Source of the DNA: Tubiluchus corallicola
Lineage: Eukaryota; Animalia; Priapulida
Length of the DNA stretch: 64,000 nucleotides
Direction of reading: 5' to 3'
Assembly (NCBI GenBank): GCA_030141605.1
Contig: JAQGDQ010000473.1
Location: 87,053 to 151,052 of the forward strand
Part shown: positions 37,001-64,000 of the stretch, piece by piece
Layout of the letters: each line of letters begins with the position of its first letter
How positions within the stretch are numbered: the first letter of the stretch is position 1
Made by a program: the position numbers and the translations under genes
Notes under the pieces: model-generated
Databases searched by the model: none
The model's input: the letters and a program-made list of their open reading frames with translations, nothing else
What the model was told of the DNA's origin: nothing

Positions 37001-40000
37001 TGTGTGGCATGTTGTAGCTTTTGGTTTGATAGTAAAGTGCAGAGACTGAAATTAACAGAACTAACTGTGAAATTTCAGTCTAGAGAGAGAGAGAGAGAGA
37101 GAGCTATTTTTGTTTATTTTAATGAACACTTCGGAAAAAACAATAACTTCTTTGCTAACCTCAAGGGTGTATCAAGACTTTATGATGCCCTAGGCTGATA
37201 GATCTGTCCCGCCCATCTGCATTGTGAATTTGTGATTCATTATGTACTGTAAAGATTAAACAATTATTTGTGGTGTGCTACGGTCATTATTAATTACGTG
37301 TATATGAACTGCGATGACATATAAGCAGACTGGACAACTGCTTGTTGTGTAATTCCTTGTACTTGTTCGTTATATGGCACTTATATAGCATCTGGTCTAA
37401 GTAACTGCCTGTGGTGTGTTACATAATGCTTGCTTTGCATGAATATGAACGTATAAACGTTTTCCGAGGAGAATAAGAATTTTTTTCAAATTGGGCATCT
37501 AAAATGTGGCGCCCCAGGCTATATTCTAGTTAGCCTATTGGTTAATATGCCCCTGGCTATCCTAATAACGTCATAGTTCACTTTATAGTTCACAAAACTT
37601 GGAAGCAGCACAGTTTTTTCTAAGAGTCTAACTGGCTTTCATTAATTGTGGCTAATTTAATACAAAAATGGTTAAAGGAAAACAGGATGATTTTTCAAAT
37701 CCTATACCCTTTCGATTAAGGCAAAAAATACATTTTAACACTCATAATGCCAAAGCATCTCTTGTGATTAAATAATAGATTAAAAATTTAATTTACGGTG
37801 TTTGATGCCAATTAGTGGCGACATCACAACTGAACATAATTTTCAACATGCCAAACAACAGCAAACACTCCATGAGAGTGTTTCACTTGTTTGTGAAAGT
37901 GAAAATTAACGTACAGTACTACTGTACAACAGTTCGAATGACCCGTTTTTGTGCAACAAGTTTCTGAAATGCAGGCGCTAGAGCCCGTCTAACTAGCAAA
38001 AAGCAAAGTTGATGTAACAATGAAGAACTAGTTGCAGGAACGTGAAATTGCATTTGTGTGGTAGTAATTCTTTCACATACGTCATTCTTGAAAAAATAGT
38101 ATGTTTCCTTTGAATATTTTAAAGACTAGGTTGTTTTGACCTGCAGTTTAAGATTTGGTTCAGTTTTGCTTTAAGGTATTACACAAACCATCGTGATCGT
38201 AACTTTTTCCTGTACTAAACTAAAAAAATCTTTGTTGACAGTGAATTCAAATTTTGTGCAATCAGAAATTCACCGCTTAGAGAATGTAATTTATTTAAAT
38301 AGCAGCACCATTTACTGTGCATTTACTAACTTAAAAGTCTCGGTTGTCATGGTTACTACGAGGCAACATTCATGGTTATTTCTGTTACCACCATTATTTA
38401 TCATACTAACGCAAGAATCGTGTAAGCCATGGATTACGAATGTCACGTTGTGAAGTTCTAACTCATGATAATTGTATTTTTGATTGCATGTGACGTGTAA
38501 CATTTACTAAAGCACAAGAGAATGATTATAATTTTTGTGGTTCCGTTCCAGGTTTGGAACAATATCAGCGCTGCATCAAGATTCTGATTCCGATGAAGAG
38601 GGACAGGCATTCTACGCCGGGGGTGCTGAGCATGGGGGCAGGTATCCAAGTGCTTTTTATTTTACTTGCACATTAATATTTCAAGCAAATAAAAGTAATT
38701 TATCTGTGAGTGGCATGGTATACGGTCCCAATTTGCATTACGTAATTTCGTGACTATATTGACATGGATGTCAGGTTTTTATATACCAAGTCATAATTGT
38801 AGCTGTAAACCCGATTATTTAATTTAGTAGTATATGAACAGAATAACAACCTTTGTTTAACGTCAATGTTAACATATGAACAGAATAACAACCTTTGTTT
38901 AACGTCACTGTTAACATATGAACAGAATAACAACCTTTGTTTAACGTCACTGTTAACATAGGAACAGAATAACAACCTTTGTTTAACGTCACTGTTAACA
39001 TATGAACAGAATAACAACCTTTGTTTAACGTCACTGTTAACGTATGAACAGAATAACAACCTTTGTTTAACGTCACTGTTAACATAGGAACAGAATAACA
39101 ACCTTTGTTTAACGTCACTGTTAACATAGGAACAGAATAACAACCTTTGTTTAACGTCAATGTTAACATATGAACAGAATAACAACCTTTGTTTAACATC
39201 ACTGTTAACATATGAACAGAATAACAACCTTTGTTTAACGCCACTGTTAACATATGAACAGAATAACAACCTTTGTTTAACGTCACTGTTAACATATGAA
39301 CAGAATAACGACCTTTGTTTAACGTCACTGTTAACATATGAACAGAATAACGACCTTTGTTTAACGTCACTGTTAACATATGAACAGAATAACGACCTTT
39401 GTTTAACGTCACTGTTAACATATGAACAGAATAACAACCTTTGTTTAACGTCACTGTTAACATATGAACAGAATAACGACCTTTGTTTAACGTCACTGTT
39501 AACATATGAACAGAATAACGACCTTTGTTTAACGTCACTGTTAACATATGAACAGAATAACAACCTTTGTTTAACGTCACTGTTAACATATGAACAGAAT
39601 AACAACCTTTGTTTAACGTCACTGTTAACATATGAACAGAATAACGACCTTTGTTTAACGTCACTGTTAACATATGAACAGAATAACGACCTTTGTTTAA
39701 CGTCACTGTTAACATATGAACAGAATAACGACCTTTGTTTAACGTCACTGTTAACATATGAACAGAATAACAACCTTTGTTTAACGTCACTGTTAACATA
39801 TGAACAGAATAACAACCTTTGTTTAACGTCACTGTTAACATATGAACAGAATAACGACCTTTGTTTAACGTCACTGTTAACATATGAACAGAATAACGAC
39901 CTTTGTTTAACGTCAGTGTTAACATATGAACAGAATAGCAACCTTTGTTTAACATCACTGTTAACCCTTTTTCAGTGGAGAGGTTGTGATTGGACCAGGT

Positions 40001-43000
40001 AAAAAGAAAAGTGGAAAATATGTAGAAAGTTTATTCGAGGCAGCACGACAGTAAGTGTTATCTTTCACTCTACAGTGTGTGTACAACGAAAACATTACGT
40101 ACAGCATAAAACATAAGTACAGGACGTAATAAAAAATGTTTTCCTGTTTAACAACTAAATACAGAGATAAACTGGTACAGAGATGCATTTCTGAACCTTT
40201 GTTATCTATTTATAGACAATATTCATTTCAATGTATAATGCAATTAGTAATATACAATTTTTGTATATCAATTTACTAGACAATAGTACTATATTATGTT
40301 TCTCTTGGTGTATTTTGGTTCGTCTTTATACGTTCTATAATGTTATGTAAATTTATTACCTTAGTGACGTGTGATATTAGAATTGTACTTACTGTAAAGT
40401 GTGCTAGAGCATATAGACATGGATAGTCCGCTGTAGTAAAGTAAAATAAATATACGATGTCCACGCCAATCTTTTTTTTTTGGTAATAGATTATCAGTGT
40501 TTTGCCTACAAATGTTCATTATAATATATTGTATTTTGCCATTGTCAACTTTTCTTGCTGTCCAAATTTAACGAGCTTGAAATAAATGCAGTGTTTTAGG
40601 AATCTGTTAACAGATGGCGATAGTCACGATACCAACACTATTAAAATGACAAAAAACTGTGCTGACTTTGTTTTGTAGGTGTAAGGTAGTGTTTCTTTTA
40701 GACTAAATTTATTTTATATGTTTGTTACATTTTACACAATATGAAAACAATGGTTGAAGTGGCGCCCTCACTGATTTTAACTATGAGCGCCATTGTGCGA
40801 CAGTAGCCATATCATCAGAACCAGTCAAGGCTCAAAGAATTAATAAAGAAAATTCTGATTTCTTTTCTGCTCCTAGAGGAGACTGAGTTGTGGTTTCTTG
40901 TTTGCAGGCATGGTGCTGAAATAGCCGAGGACGAAGCCGGCAGTACAGCGGGCAGTTCGTCTTTCCAAGGAGCTGGCTACAGACTAGGTAAGTACTTTTT
41001 TACTACTAAATAATATCATGTTTAACGAGCCTTTTCATAGTATCGTTGTGTGCATGGGCAGTTTGCTGTAGGTCAAAGGTTAAAGTAGGTATTTTTTATT
41101 GCCAGCAGCTGAAAATTTTCAATGTCTTGTTTATGCGAAGCAGTTTATTCAGTTCAGTTTATTTTCAGGCATGGCAGAAGGACAAAGTGAGGTAGTGAAC
41201 AAAAATCCGGTTATTCCAAAACCAAAGCAAGTTGATTTTGTATTGAAGTTGTGGAAAAATGGCTTCAGCATTGATAATGAGTCACTGCGTAGTTACGACG
41301 ATCCCGCAAATAAAGAATTCCTTGACTCCGTTCATAAAGGGTATGCAGCTGTGTTACAATGTGTGCACGTGCGTGTGTGCGCATATAAGTGTGGGTGTAT
41401 GATCTGTAGCGGATAGCCCTATAGGCTGAATAGGCTGAAGCCTAAGGCCCGGGATCAAAAGGGTAAAAAAAATTTTTTGTTGTAAAAAAAATAAATTGAC
41501 AAAAGAGCAAGGGGCCCGCCAAAATAAAATATAGAAAAAAGTTTTTTTTTCAAAAGTCACTATATTTCAAATCGGGTTTACACAAATCAAGTTTACACAA
41601 TTTAAGTTTACACAATTCACGTTTACACAGTTTAAGTTCAAAATTTCATTTTTCGAATTTTTCTGGGGACAAAGTCAGTTATAATTTCTGAAAAGTCCAT
41701 TTTTTTCAACATATCTGACTCAATATGCATCAGTGATAAATTGTTTAATTTGTCATCCTTTACAAACGACGAGAGCTCCACAAAAACACGTCAGCTCAGC
41801 AGTGTAGCAAAATTTAAAAGGCCCGTTCCAAGCTCAAGCCTAAGGCCCATAAAATCATAATCCGCCGCTGAGTATGATCATGTGCATTATTAGTGTTTTG
41901 TATTAGTGAACTGTTATAATAACTTGATTTTAATTTTCTTTTCTTCTGCGGAATAAGTTAAGTTCATGCTCCCTCTTTACTAATTATTGAAGTACGGGAT
42001 GATTTAAACTGTTAATTTTTCCCCATTTAACTTTTAGCCAATGTAACTGTTTTACGTTAGCTGTTATTAAGTCATGCCAAGCCTTTTACAAGGTTTGACA
42101 CCCCCCAAACTTGGATCTGCCAGTTAACGGAAAGATCTATTCAGTTCAGATTAGTGATTGTCAAACGGGAGAGATCTATTCGGTTCAGATTAGTGATTGT
42201 CAAACGGGAGAGATCTATTCGGTTCAGATTAGTGATTGTCAAACGGGAAAGATCTATTCAGTTCAGATTAGTGATTGTCAAACGGGAGAGATCTATTCGG
42301 TTCAGATTAGTGATTGTCAAACGGGAGAGATCTATTCGGTTCAGATTAGTGATTGTCAAACGGGAGAGATCTATTTGGTTCAGATTAGTGATTGTCAAAC
42401 GGGAGAGATCTATTCGGTTCAGATTAGTGATTGTCAAACGGGAGAGAGCTATTCGGTTCAAATTAGTGATTGTCAAACGGGAGAGATCTATTCGGTTCAG
42501 ATTAGTGATTGTCAAACGGCAGAGATCTATTCGGTTCAGATTAGTGATTGTCAAACGGGAGAGATCTATTCGGTTCAGATTAGTGATTGTCAAACGGGAG
42601 AGATCTATTCGGTTCAGATTAGTGATTGTCAAACGGGAGAGATCTATTCAGTTCAGATTAGCGATTGTCAAATGGGAGGCTCTAGGAAGCGGGAATGGAA
42701 ATGGTGACGAATGTACTCTGTGTGTTGTGTTTATATCAAATGAACTATCAAAATGTATACGTTCGTTTCTTTGCATGCATGAATCAGCTTTAAAACTCAA
42801 ATGTATTTTTGTTCAATGAGAATTTAATTATCATCCACTTTTGTGATTTTATTGCATTTTATAAACTATTTTTGACTTTCCCGACGAGTTTGCAAATATA
42901 TCGAGTACAAATTTTATGATCCACTTAAATGAAGACTTTTTTCATTTGATTGCAAAATTTTAAAACAAATTTTCAACAATCGTGCACTTTTAAGCCTGGA

Positions 43001-45547
43001 AACCTATTCCATGCCTGAAACATTTTCTTGTTTTGGAAGATGCAATCGTTAATAAACTGACAATGATTACCGTGACTCAGAAAAACTGGTTTCAAAGAGA
43101 TGCTAACGAAAGATTGTCTGTTGTTCATAATAATTATTTACATTGTAATCCGACATCAGAGAGGTACCAGCCGAGTTGGAGCGCATGGCTCGCGGTGGAG
43201 AAGTTAACCTCAACATGGAGGACCACCGGAATGAAGAATTCGCTCCGCAGAAGAAAACGGTCAAGGCGTTTTCTGGAACTGGCCACATGCTTGGCAGGTA
43301 CTGACGATCAAACAACAAAGAGTTCTTTTTTTAAGTTTGTTTTTCTGCTTCTTTCTGCTTCTTTGTTCTGTTCTTAATGCTGCTGGTTTACTTTTTCTTT
43401 AATTAAATTTAGTTTTTTTTCTGCACGTTTCATGCTTGTATTTAATGAGCTGCATTGGTCCCCAAACTTTGTTATGAAGCTGCTGCCATTTGGAAGATTA
43501 CCGAGCTATGTGAAAACTCCGGCGTCTCGAGACTTGTTGTTGTCCTCAGGGGTGTATCAAGACTAGGGGTGAGCATTCTCTATCGGAAAGCGAATTCGAA
43601 TCGAACCGAACTTCAGTGTTTCGAATTCGAATTGAGAACGAAAGATTTTCGAACAAGTTTTTGAACCACCAGCAAAAATTAGTCTTACAAAGATCATGCA
43701 TATCACTACATTTTGTTCTGCAATAAAACGACTAGTAATTTCTTTAAAATTGCGTGCAGAAATCACAGCTAAATTATGCTAATTGCATGATGTTTCAATC
43801 GTTTTAGTGATAAAGAACGAATGTGATTGAAGTGCTGAATTATTCGAATCTATAATTTTGGATTCGAATCGAGTTTGAACTAAAAAACTCATTCGAACTC
43901 GAACGTTCGATGCTCACCCCTAACCAAGACTTTACGATGCCCTAGGCTGATAGTTCTGTCCCGCCCATCTCTATTGTGAAGTTATGGTTGTTTATGTAAT
44001 GCAGAGATCAAACAATTACTTGTGGTGTATTAGAAATACTATTAACCTAGTTTCTAAGTTGTCATTATATATTATGTGTATTTGCATGGCGCTTATATTC
44101 AAGCAGGCTGTTCAACTGCTTGTTGTTAATACCTTGCACTTGTTCGTTATGTGGCAGTTATATAAAAGCTACTCTCAGTAACTACCTGTGGTGTGGTAAA
44201 ATTTGCCATTTACATGAAAAGTTATACATATTTTCCGAGGCGAATAACAATTTTTTTCTAAAATGCAACACCCTCAAACTTTGGTACCCTAGGCTATTGT
44301 CTAGTTAACCTATTGGTTAATAGGTCTCTGGTTGTCGTTGAAGACAACTCCAGAACATTGTTGTTTTTGTGATGCCATAAGATTGTCCAGTTGATGACAT
44401 AAGATGAATCAACCCGGTGTGCCCTCTTGTGGCACCGTCAAGTACTAACGCTTATGAAGCACTTCTCTTATTTACAACGGAAAATGAGTGCTGAGCTAAA
44501 AACTTTGCCAGTCACAGGACAAGTGTACAATGTGCCCTTTACCACGGAGAATACGACTCGGAGATCGCTTCTGCAGCTGAAATAAAAATGTGTAAAAATA
44601 AACGACATTTCGTTTTTCACGTCCCTCACCTACTTAGTGAAACTCTGAGCCATTTTGGAATCTCAGTACACAATAAGGTGTCTCAATAACTAATAATAAT
44701 AATTTTGTTTGGGACGTAGTCTAGGGATAACACCTTAAATAACTCAATACTTATTTCCAAGGTGGTCCCGATTATTATTACCCACATGTTACGTCAATGA
44801 ACCTGCGTGCTTAGTCAAACAACCAGTGGTACAATTTTTTAAGAAATTGGTGTGACTTGATAGGGAGTTGAACCTGTAACCTTCAGTGTGGAAAACGAGC
44901 ATGCTACTAGTGAGCTGTACCACCCGGTCAATGAGCCTTTGCTGTATATTTGCTGTATAAACGGTACTGCTAATATTTGAAATTGTAAAGTTATAATGAG
45001 TGGTAAAATTCACAGCAGTAGAAGCCGAAAAATTTTCAAAGTTGAGACAAAGCTGACATATTACATGTATATTAGAAGAAACTGACTCGACCAAAATGTT
45101 CCTCCATTATTTTTTCAACTATTCATTAAAAGCTTGTTCCAAACTTTGATGCATTATTTGTTAAAACAACTTCTGTATACCACTTTTTCAAATCTTAGTA
45201 AACTACGTCTAAAGATTAACCACTTTGCAAGTGTAGCAAGGTTCCCACTCTCAGGGAAAACACAGGCTATCCTGGAAAGCTATGTAAAAGTTGAGGAAAA
45301 AGATAATTTGGTAAAAAGTCAGGGAAAAATGTGGCGAAAACTTGGGGAAATTAGTTGCAAAAACAATCCCTGTGAACCGATATTTTTACAAACATATTTT
45401 CAGCGATTCGTCTTCAAATAAAATTTTGCTATGGCAGGCTCCTAATTTCGATTTCTGTTCCAAAAATAATGATTGGATTAAGACAGTTTATTTAATGTGA
45501 TTAGTGTAATTTCTTGTGAACTACTACAACTGTACCAACACTTTATG

Positions 45548-45584
<37 letters not shown>

Positions 45585-46510
45585 ATATATATATATATGC
45601 ATACATATATATGTATATACATTTATGTATCAGAATATGTATGAATGTCCATACACAAAAATGTTTGAATATGTGTACTGGTAATGCAGTTTCTGCTTGT
45701 CTTGGTCATGGAAAATCAATATTTGGTCAGGAAAATTTATTTTAAAAATTCTGTGGGAACTCTGGTGTTTGTACAATTGTAGGTAGTTTGATAAATACCA
45801 TATTGTTACTAATCTGTATTTTCAGCCCAGCGCCGAGCGTAGTTCCTTCTCCCAGATCTTCATCAGAGAAAGTGTCAGATTTGCAGACGGCTAGCTCAGG
45901 GATACATCTGGATACATCCCAGCCGTTGACCAATATTCAGATTCGATTAATCGATGGAACAAGGTAATTATCTTCCTTATACTTTTTTCAAAATAATATT
46001 TCAATTTTGTTATTAAAATTTAATGAACATGCAAAGCGGATTAAAACAAAGATTTTATGTTCATTGGTCCATGTGGTATAGATACTAGTGTAATATAAAA
46101 TGTTGTTCTCAGTAAAAATGAAGATAATATTAACTTCACACATAAAAAACTTTTGTTTTGGCATTCAGTCTATGTCAGAAAAATTGAGTTTATTATTAAA
46201 ATGATTATGAAGCTGATAATATTGACCTTCATACGTGTTTTTACACACCATGGCGCCCTCTATATGTGGTTGTTAAAAGTGTATTATTATTTCTGCCCAT
46301 TTACATTATTCCAGATTAGTACAAAAGTTCAACCATAGCCACACTATAGGAGACATTCGAAGTTTTATCAACCGAGCTCGACCAGACCTGTCCTCATTAC
46401 CATACACGTTAATGACTACATTTCCTAATAAGGACTTGATTGAGGACTCTCTGCAAATTAAGGAGGCAAGTCTTCTTAACGCTGTCATCGTTCAACGAAA
46501 ACGGTCGTGA
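34098..46510 (+). CDS. NSFL1C: NSFL1 cofactor p47 (UBA-like, SEP and UBX domains), 9 coding exons
   Basis: Exons 34098-34205, 36733-36872, 38552-38641, 39976-40050, 40908-40987, 41169-41340, 43160-43297, 45826-45963 and 46315-46510. Motifs QFTSITG...[45 protein letters not shown]...[27 protein letters not shown] and [10 protein letters not shown]...TTFPNK...LLNAVIVQR. Confidence 0.95.
34930..35697. mobile_element. Non-autonomous Tc1/mariner-like element, same family as 25213-26021
   Basis: Left end ta|cagtagacgccgccacgtaatagactcac, plus shared internal sequence. Confidence 0.55.
37161..37555. mobile_element. hAT-like MITE, same family as 43546-44330
   Basis: gggtgtatcaagactttatgatgccctaggct ... 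ttaatatgcccctg, colinear with the second copy. Confidence 0.65.
38832..39965. repeat. 42-bp minisatellite (~27 copies) ending 10 nt before the NSFL1C exon 4 acceptor
   Basis: Unit aacatatgaacagaataacaacctttgtttaacgtcactgtt. The last unit runs into the pyrimidine tract and cag at 39975. Confidence 0.95.
41406..41870. mobile_element. hAT-like MITE
   Basis: Ends tagcggatagccctataggctg... and ...gcctaaggcccataaaatcataatccgccgctg. Confidence 0.5.
42126..42677. repeat. Intronic minisatellite, 39-bp unit gagatctattcggttcagattagtgattgtcaaacggga, ~14 copies
   Basis: Direct inspection. Confidence 0.95.
43564..43922. mobile_element. hAT MITE nested inside another MITE (43546-44330)
   Basis: TIR TAGGGGTGAGCAT ... 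ATGCTCACCCCTA with an 8-bp TSD (atcaagac/accaagac). The empty site is visible in the copy at 37161. Confidence 0.85.
44790..44935 (-). mobile_element. Possible tRNA-derived SINE head
   Basis: The minus strand has A-box-like ggtggtacagctcactagtag and B-box-like aggttcaactccc. No complete cloverleaf. Confidence 0.4.
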
Positions 46511-47599
46511 CTTTTTGCTACATAGAATTGCATTTTGTTAAAGTTAAACATGTTGTTGATACATTTATTTAAAAAAAAACATTCAGTGCGAAGATTTACA
46601 ACGGTGACGAAATTTTGTGTATTTAAAGCTAAAGTTGAATAAACATGATATTATGTATTGAGTAGTTTTTCTCTGTGTCTAGAATCATTACCATCATTAT
46701 TATTAACACTGTAAAAAATTGTCTACAAAATAATTTTAATACTAACCGTTGTAGCTGTTAACATCATCACTAAGACGGCTGATAATTGCTGAATATCTAG
46801 ACTTGACTCACAGGCACTTTGCATATGATAAAACTGCACAGCAAAAATTCGATTAGAAATTAGAATGTTTATAGCAATTTAAGAGACTGTTTGCCCATAG
46901 CTGAAACACAATCAGGCATCCATCACCACATTGATGTTGATACGTTTGACAATATGGATTGCATCGTGTGAGCAAAACAAGTACGAAGCAAAAGTGTGTT
47001 AATAACCAAGTCAATTTTCTGTCATAAATAAAAAGCCTTATTGTATGCAAACTATTTAGATGCTTACGTGGTCAGCTAATTTAGATGCTCACGTGGTCAG
47101 CTAATTTAGATGTTTACGAGAACATCACATTCCAACAGTCTAAATATACAATTTAGATTTTTATTTTTATATCTTCACGTTCCCACCATCATACAACCAG
47201 TACATATGCTAGACCAATGATTTCCAAACTTAAGGATCACGACCCAAATTGGAATCACCAAGTCAGATAACAAGAGTTCAGACGCCATTTTACATGTAAT
47301 TGTCTTGAATAACAAAATCTACACGAAAGTATTTGTAAACATAGAGAGTTTAAAATGCACAATATTCACACGTGCTGAAGGGTCCAAACTTGATAACACA
47401 GAGCAGCTCTTTTCCAAGACCCACACAGATGTACAGACCATGTTAGACTGTCTTAATGATGATCAAATCACGGTCAGGAAAGAACTGTAACCACAAACTA
47501 AATACACACTATAGAAGTACAGTCATTAAAACTGCTTAAATTACCGTTACCACTCCACTTTTACAAATGAAAAATGTTCTTATAAATAGTACAGCTAAA

Positions 47600-48005
47600 G
47601 AGACTATAGTGAAAGACATAGTTGGACGTGTGTTCATCGTTTCGGTACTGCAAGGTTCTAAAATACATGGCACGACCCACCTGTTGATGCCTCGCATTCC
47701 TGTCCACCCCCCACTGCCCAGCAGTGCATCATCCCTCACACCTTTAGTTGTTGTTGCTAAATTTTTTTGCCGCAAATCTATATACGTCAGTATGAGACCT
47801 CCTGTTGGCCATTTCGTCATATGAAAAGTTTTACGTAATGTTATAGCAAGAGGAGACTTACGAGGCTATCTTAGTCTCCCAATGCCCAATCCAATGCAAT
47901 CTTCTTACTTGTATTTGTTCAGTCCAAGGATTCTTCTTGACCAAATTATGCAGATCATCATTGGATATTCTGTCATGCCATTTGATTCCTAGTAATTTTC
48001 CGTAG
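47600..48005 (-). mobile_element. RTE-type LINE 3' fragment
   Basis: KLLGIKWHDRISNDDL...IQVRRLHWIGH is typical of the RTE C-terminus. Confidence 0.75.
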
Positions 48006-49027
48006 AGAATATTTTCTGACATGCTGGCAAGAAAACATGCGGCAGGCAACATGGGAAACCATCACGGATTCACAATATCAACAATGCAGACTAAAGCATG
48101 TATGCCAACCATAAATAATTGACAAAAGCCTTTACATCAGTGTACGTAGCTGTAACATTATAAAAACAAATTGGACGTTCGCATCTTATTGTAGCTGCTA
48201 TGCATACTCAGACAACGGAGGGAAAATAACATCACACCTCATTACACCACATTAGCAGCAGTCATATAAAAACATTTTAAATGCTTACAGTTCAAAGCTA
48301 TCTCAACTTCGCTAACCACTTAAACCGATACAAATGGGAATGTACTTGTAAGCAAAAGGATTCGTAAACTGTAAACATAGTTACTATGTTTCATAGTAAA
48401 CATAGATTTTCCATTTTAGACAAACTTTCTATTAGAAATCTCCAACCATGATAAACAATGTTACACACAAGATGATGCTCTAATTGACGACTTGCCTGTA
48501 GTTTAATCATCAAGAAATATACAAATGTGACCCATCTGATTACAGAGGAGTATTTCAAAGTAAAATGCTATTTCCATAATATTATATAAAAGTGTTACTA
48601 TGCAGAAATAGCATGCAAAATATCCAAGTTTTTAAACCTGGAGTTTGCTATACACAGCAGGTCTTTTACAAATGTCCTCATTACTTTAACTTTCTAAGTA
48701 GGTAGGTAAACTCTATGCTGCTTTTGACTCCTTCAGCAAAGTTTTACCCCCATTCTTCTAATATAGCAATGACATCATTCACAGCATCACTTCAGATTCC
48801 TCTTTGCGTCTCATGATTTGTAATTAGAGAGGAAACACACTTCATAAAAGTACCACGGCTGTGAGTGTAAGTTCCAAACATTGTTCAATGCACAGCTGTA
48901 CAATTTTGAAACACATGCAGCTTCATACTTAATGACTAAGGCCACACAGTTGTACAGTTATGAAACACCCCCAGCTTCATGCTTAATGATTAAGGCCACG
49001 CAGCAGTTGCTTGATCACAGATTACAT

Positions 49028-63533
<14,506 letters not shown>

Positions 63534-64000
63534 CTGTAACAAAGAAACACAACTTTGAGAAGCTTCAACAATGATCAGCGGGTAACAAAAGGCTAAATCA
63601 CGAGTTGTTGTGCATCAGAAAATCAAAACTGTGGCTGAGGCACGACCACGTCATGATGGAAATGCCACAATATACTAGAGCAAATAAAAAACACGAGAAA
63701 AAAGTAGTTCATTGTGGTTTTTACTTGGAAACGTATGAAGCTTATTGCACATGTTGTCAAGGGTTTTTCTAAATGGGCACAGATTTTTTCTGAGCGTTGC
63801 AAAAATAGATAAACTTGAGTTTAGTCTGATTACTTTTCAGTTTTCAGTTTATACTAAGCAAATAATGAAGCCAATAACATCTCTGAAATTCTTTGTCTGT
63901 CTACTTGTCAATCAAAACAAATCTTGAAATTTGGTAAAACTAGTTGAAGCAATATAGTTAGTGTCGCGAAACTAACGAACTCTTGAACGTTTGCCACTTG

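Overview
AT-rich animal (invertebrate-type) genomic DNA in two very different halves. (1) Bases ~1-19,850 are a dense patchwork of truncated transposon fragments: Helitron helicase, Penelope-like, CR1-like and I-group LINEs, hAT, pogo/Tigger, piggyBac and a possible MULE. Every fragment I can identify with confidence is coded on the + strand, which is the layout of a uni-strand (flamenco-like) piRNA cluster. Inside it is an intact 301-aa phenuivirus (phlebo/tenuivirus-type) nucleocapsid gene. It keeps the viral terminal sequence ACACAAAGAC, preceded by 12 extra nt that resemble a cap-snatched leader. It sits in the 5' end of a Penelope-like retroelement whose N-less sister copy lies ~4.9 kb downstream, so both junctions can be read at base resolution. 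(2) Bases ~22,000-64,000 hold three spliced housekeeping genes: PDCL3-like (-), NSFL1C/p47 (+) and DNAJC25 (-, 5' end outside the window). Their introns are full of minisatellites and MITEs. In PDCL3 and DNAJC25 a minisatellite is a tandem amplification of the exon end plus its own 5' splice site, giving about 48 and 38 decoy donors. All calls come from reading the sequence and recalling protein families; no searches were run.
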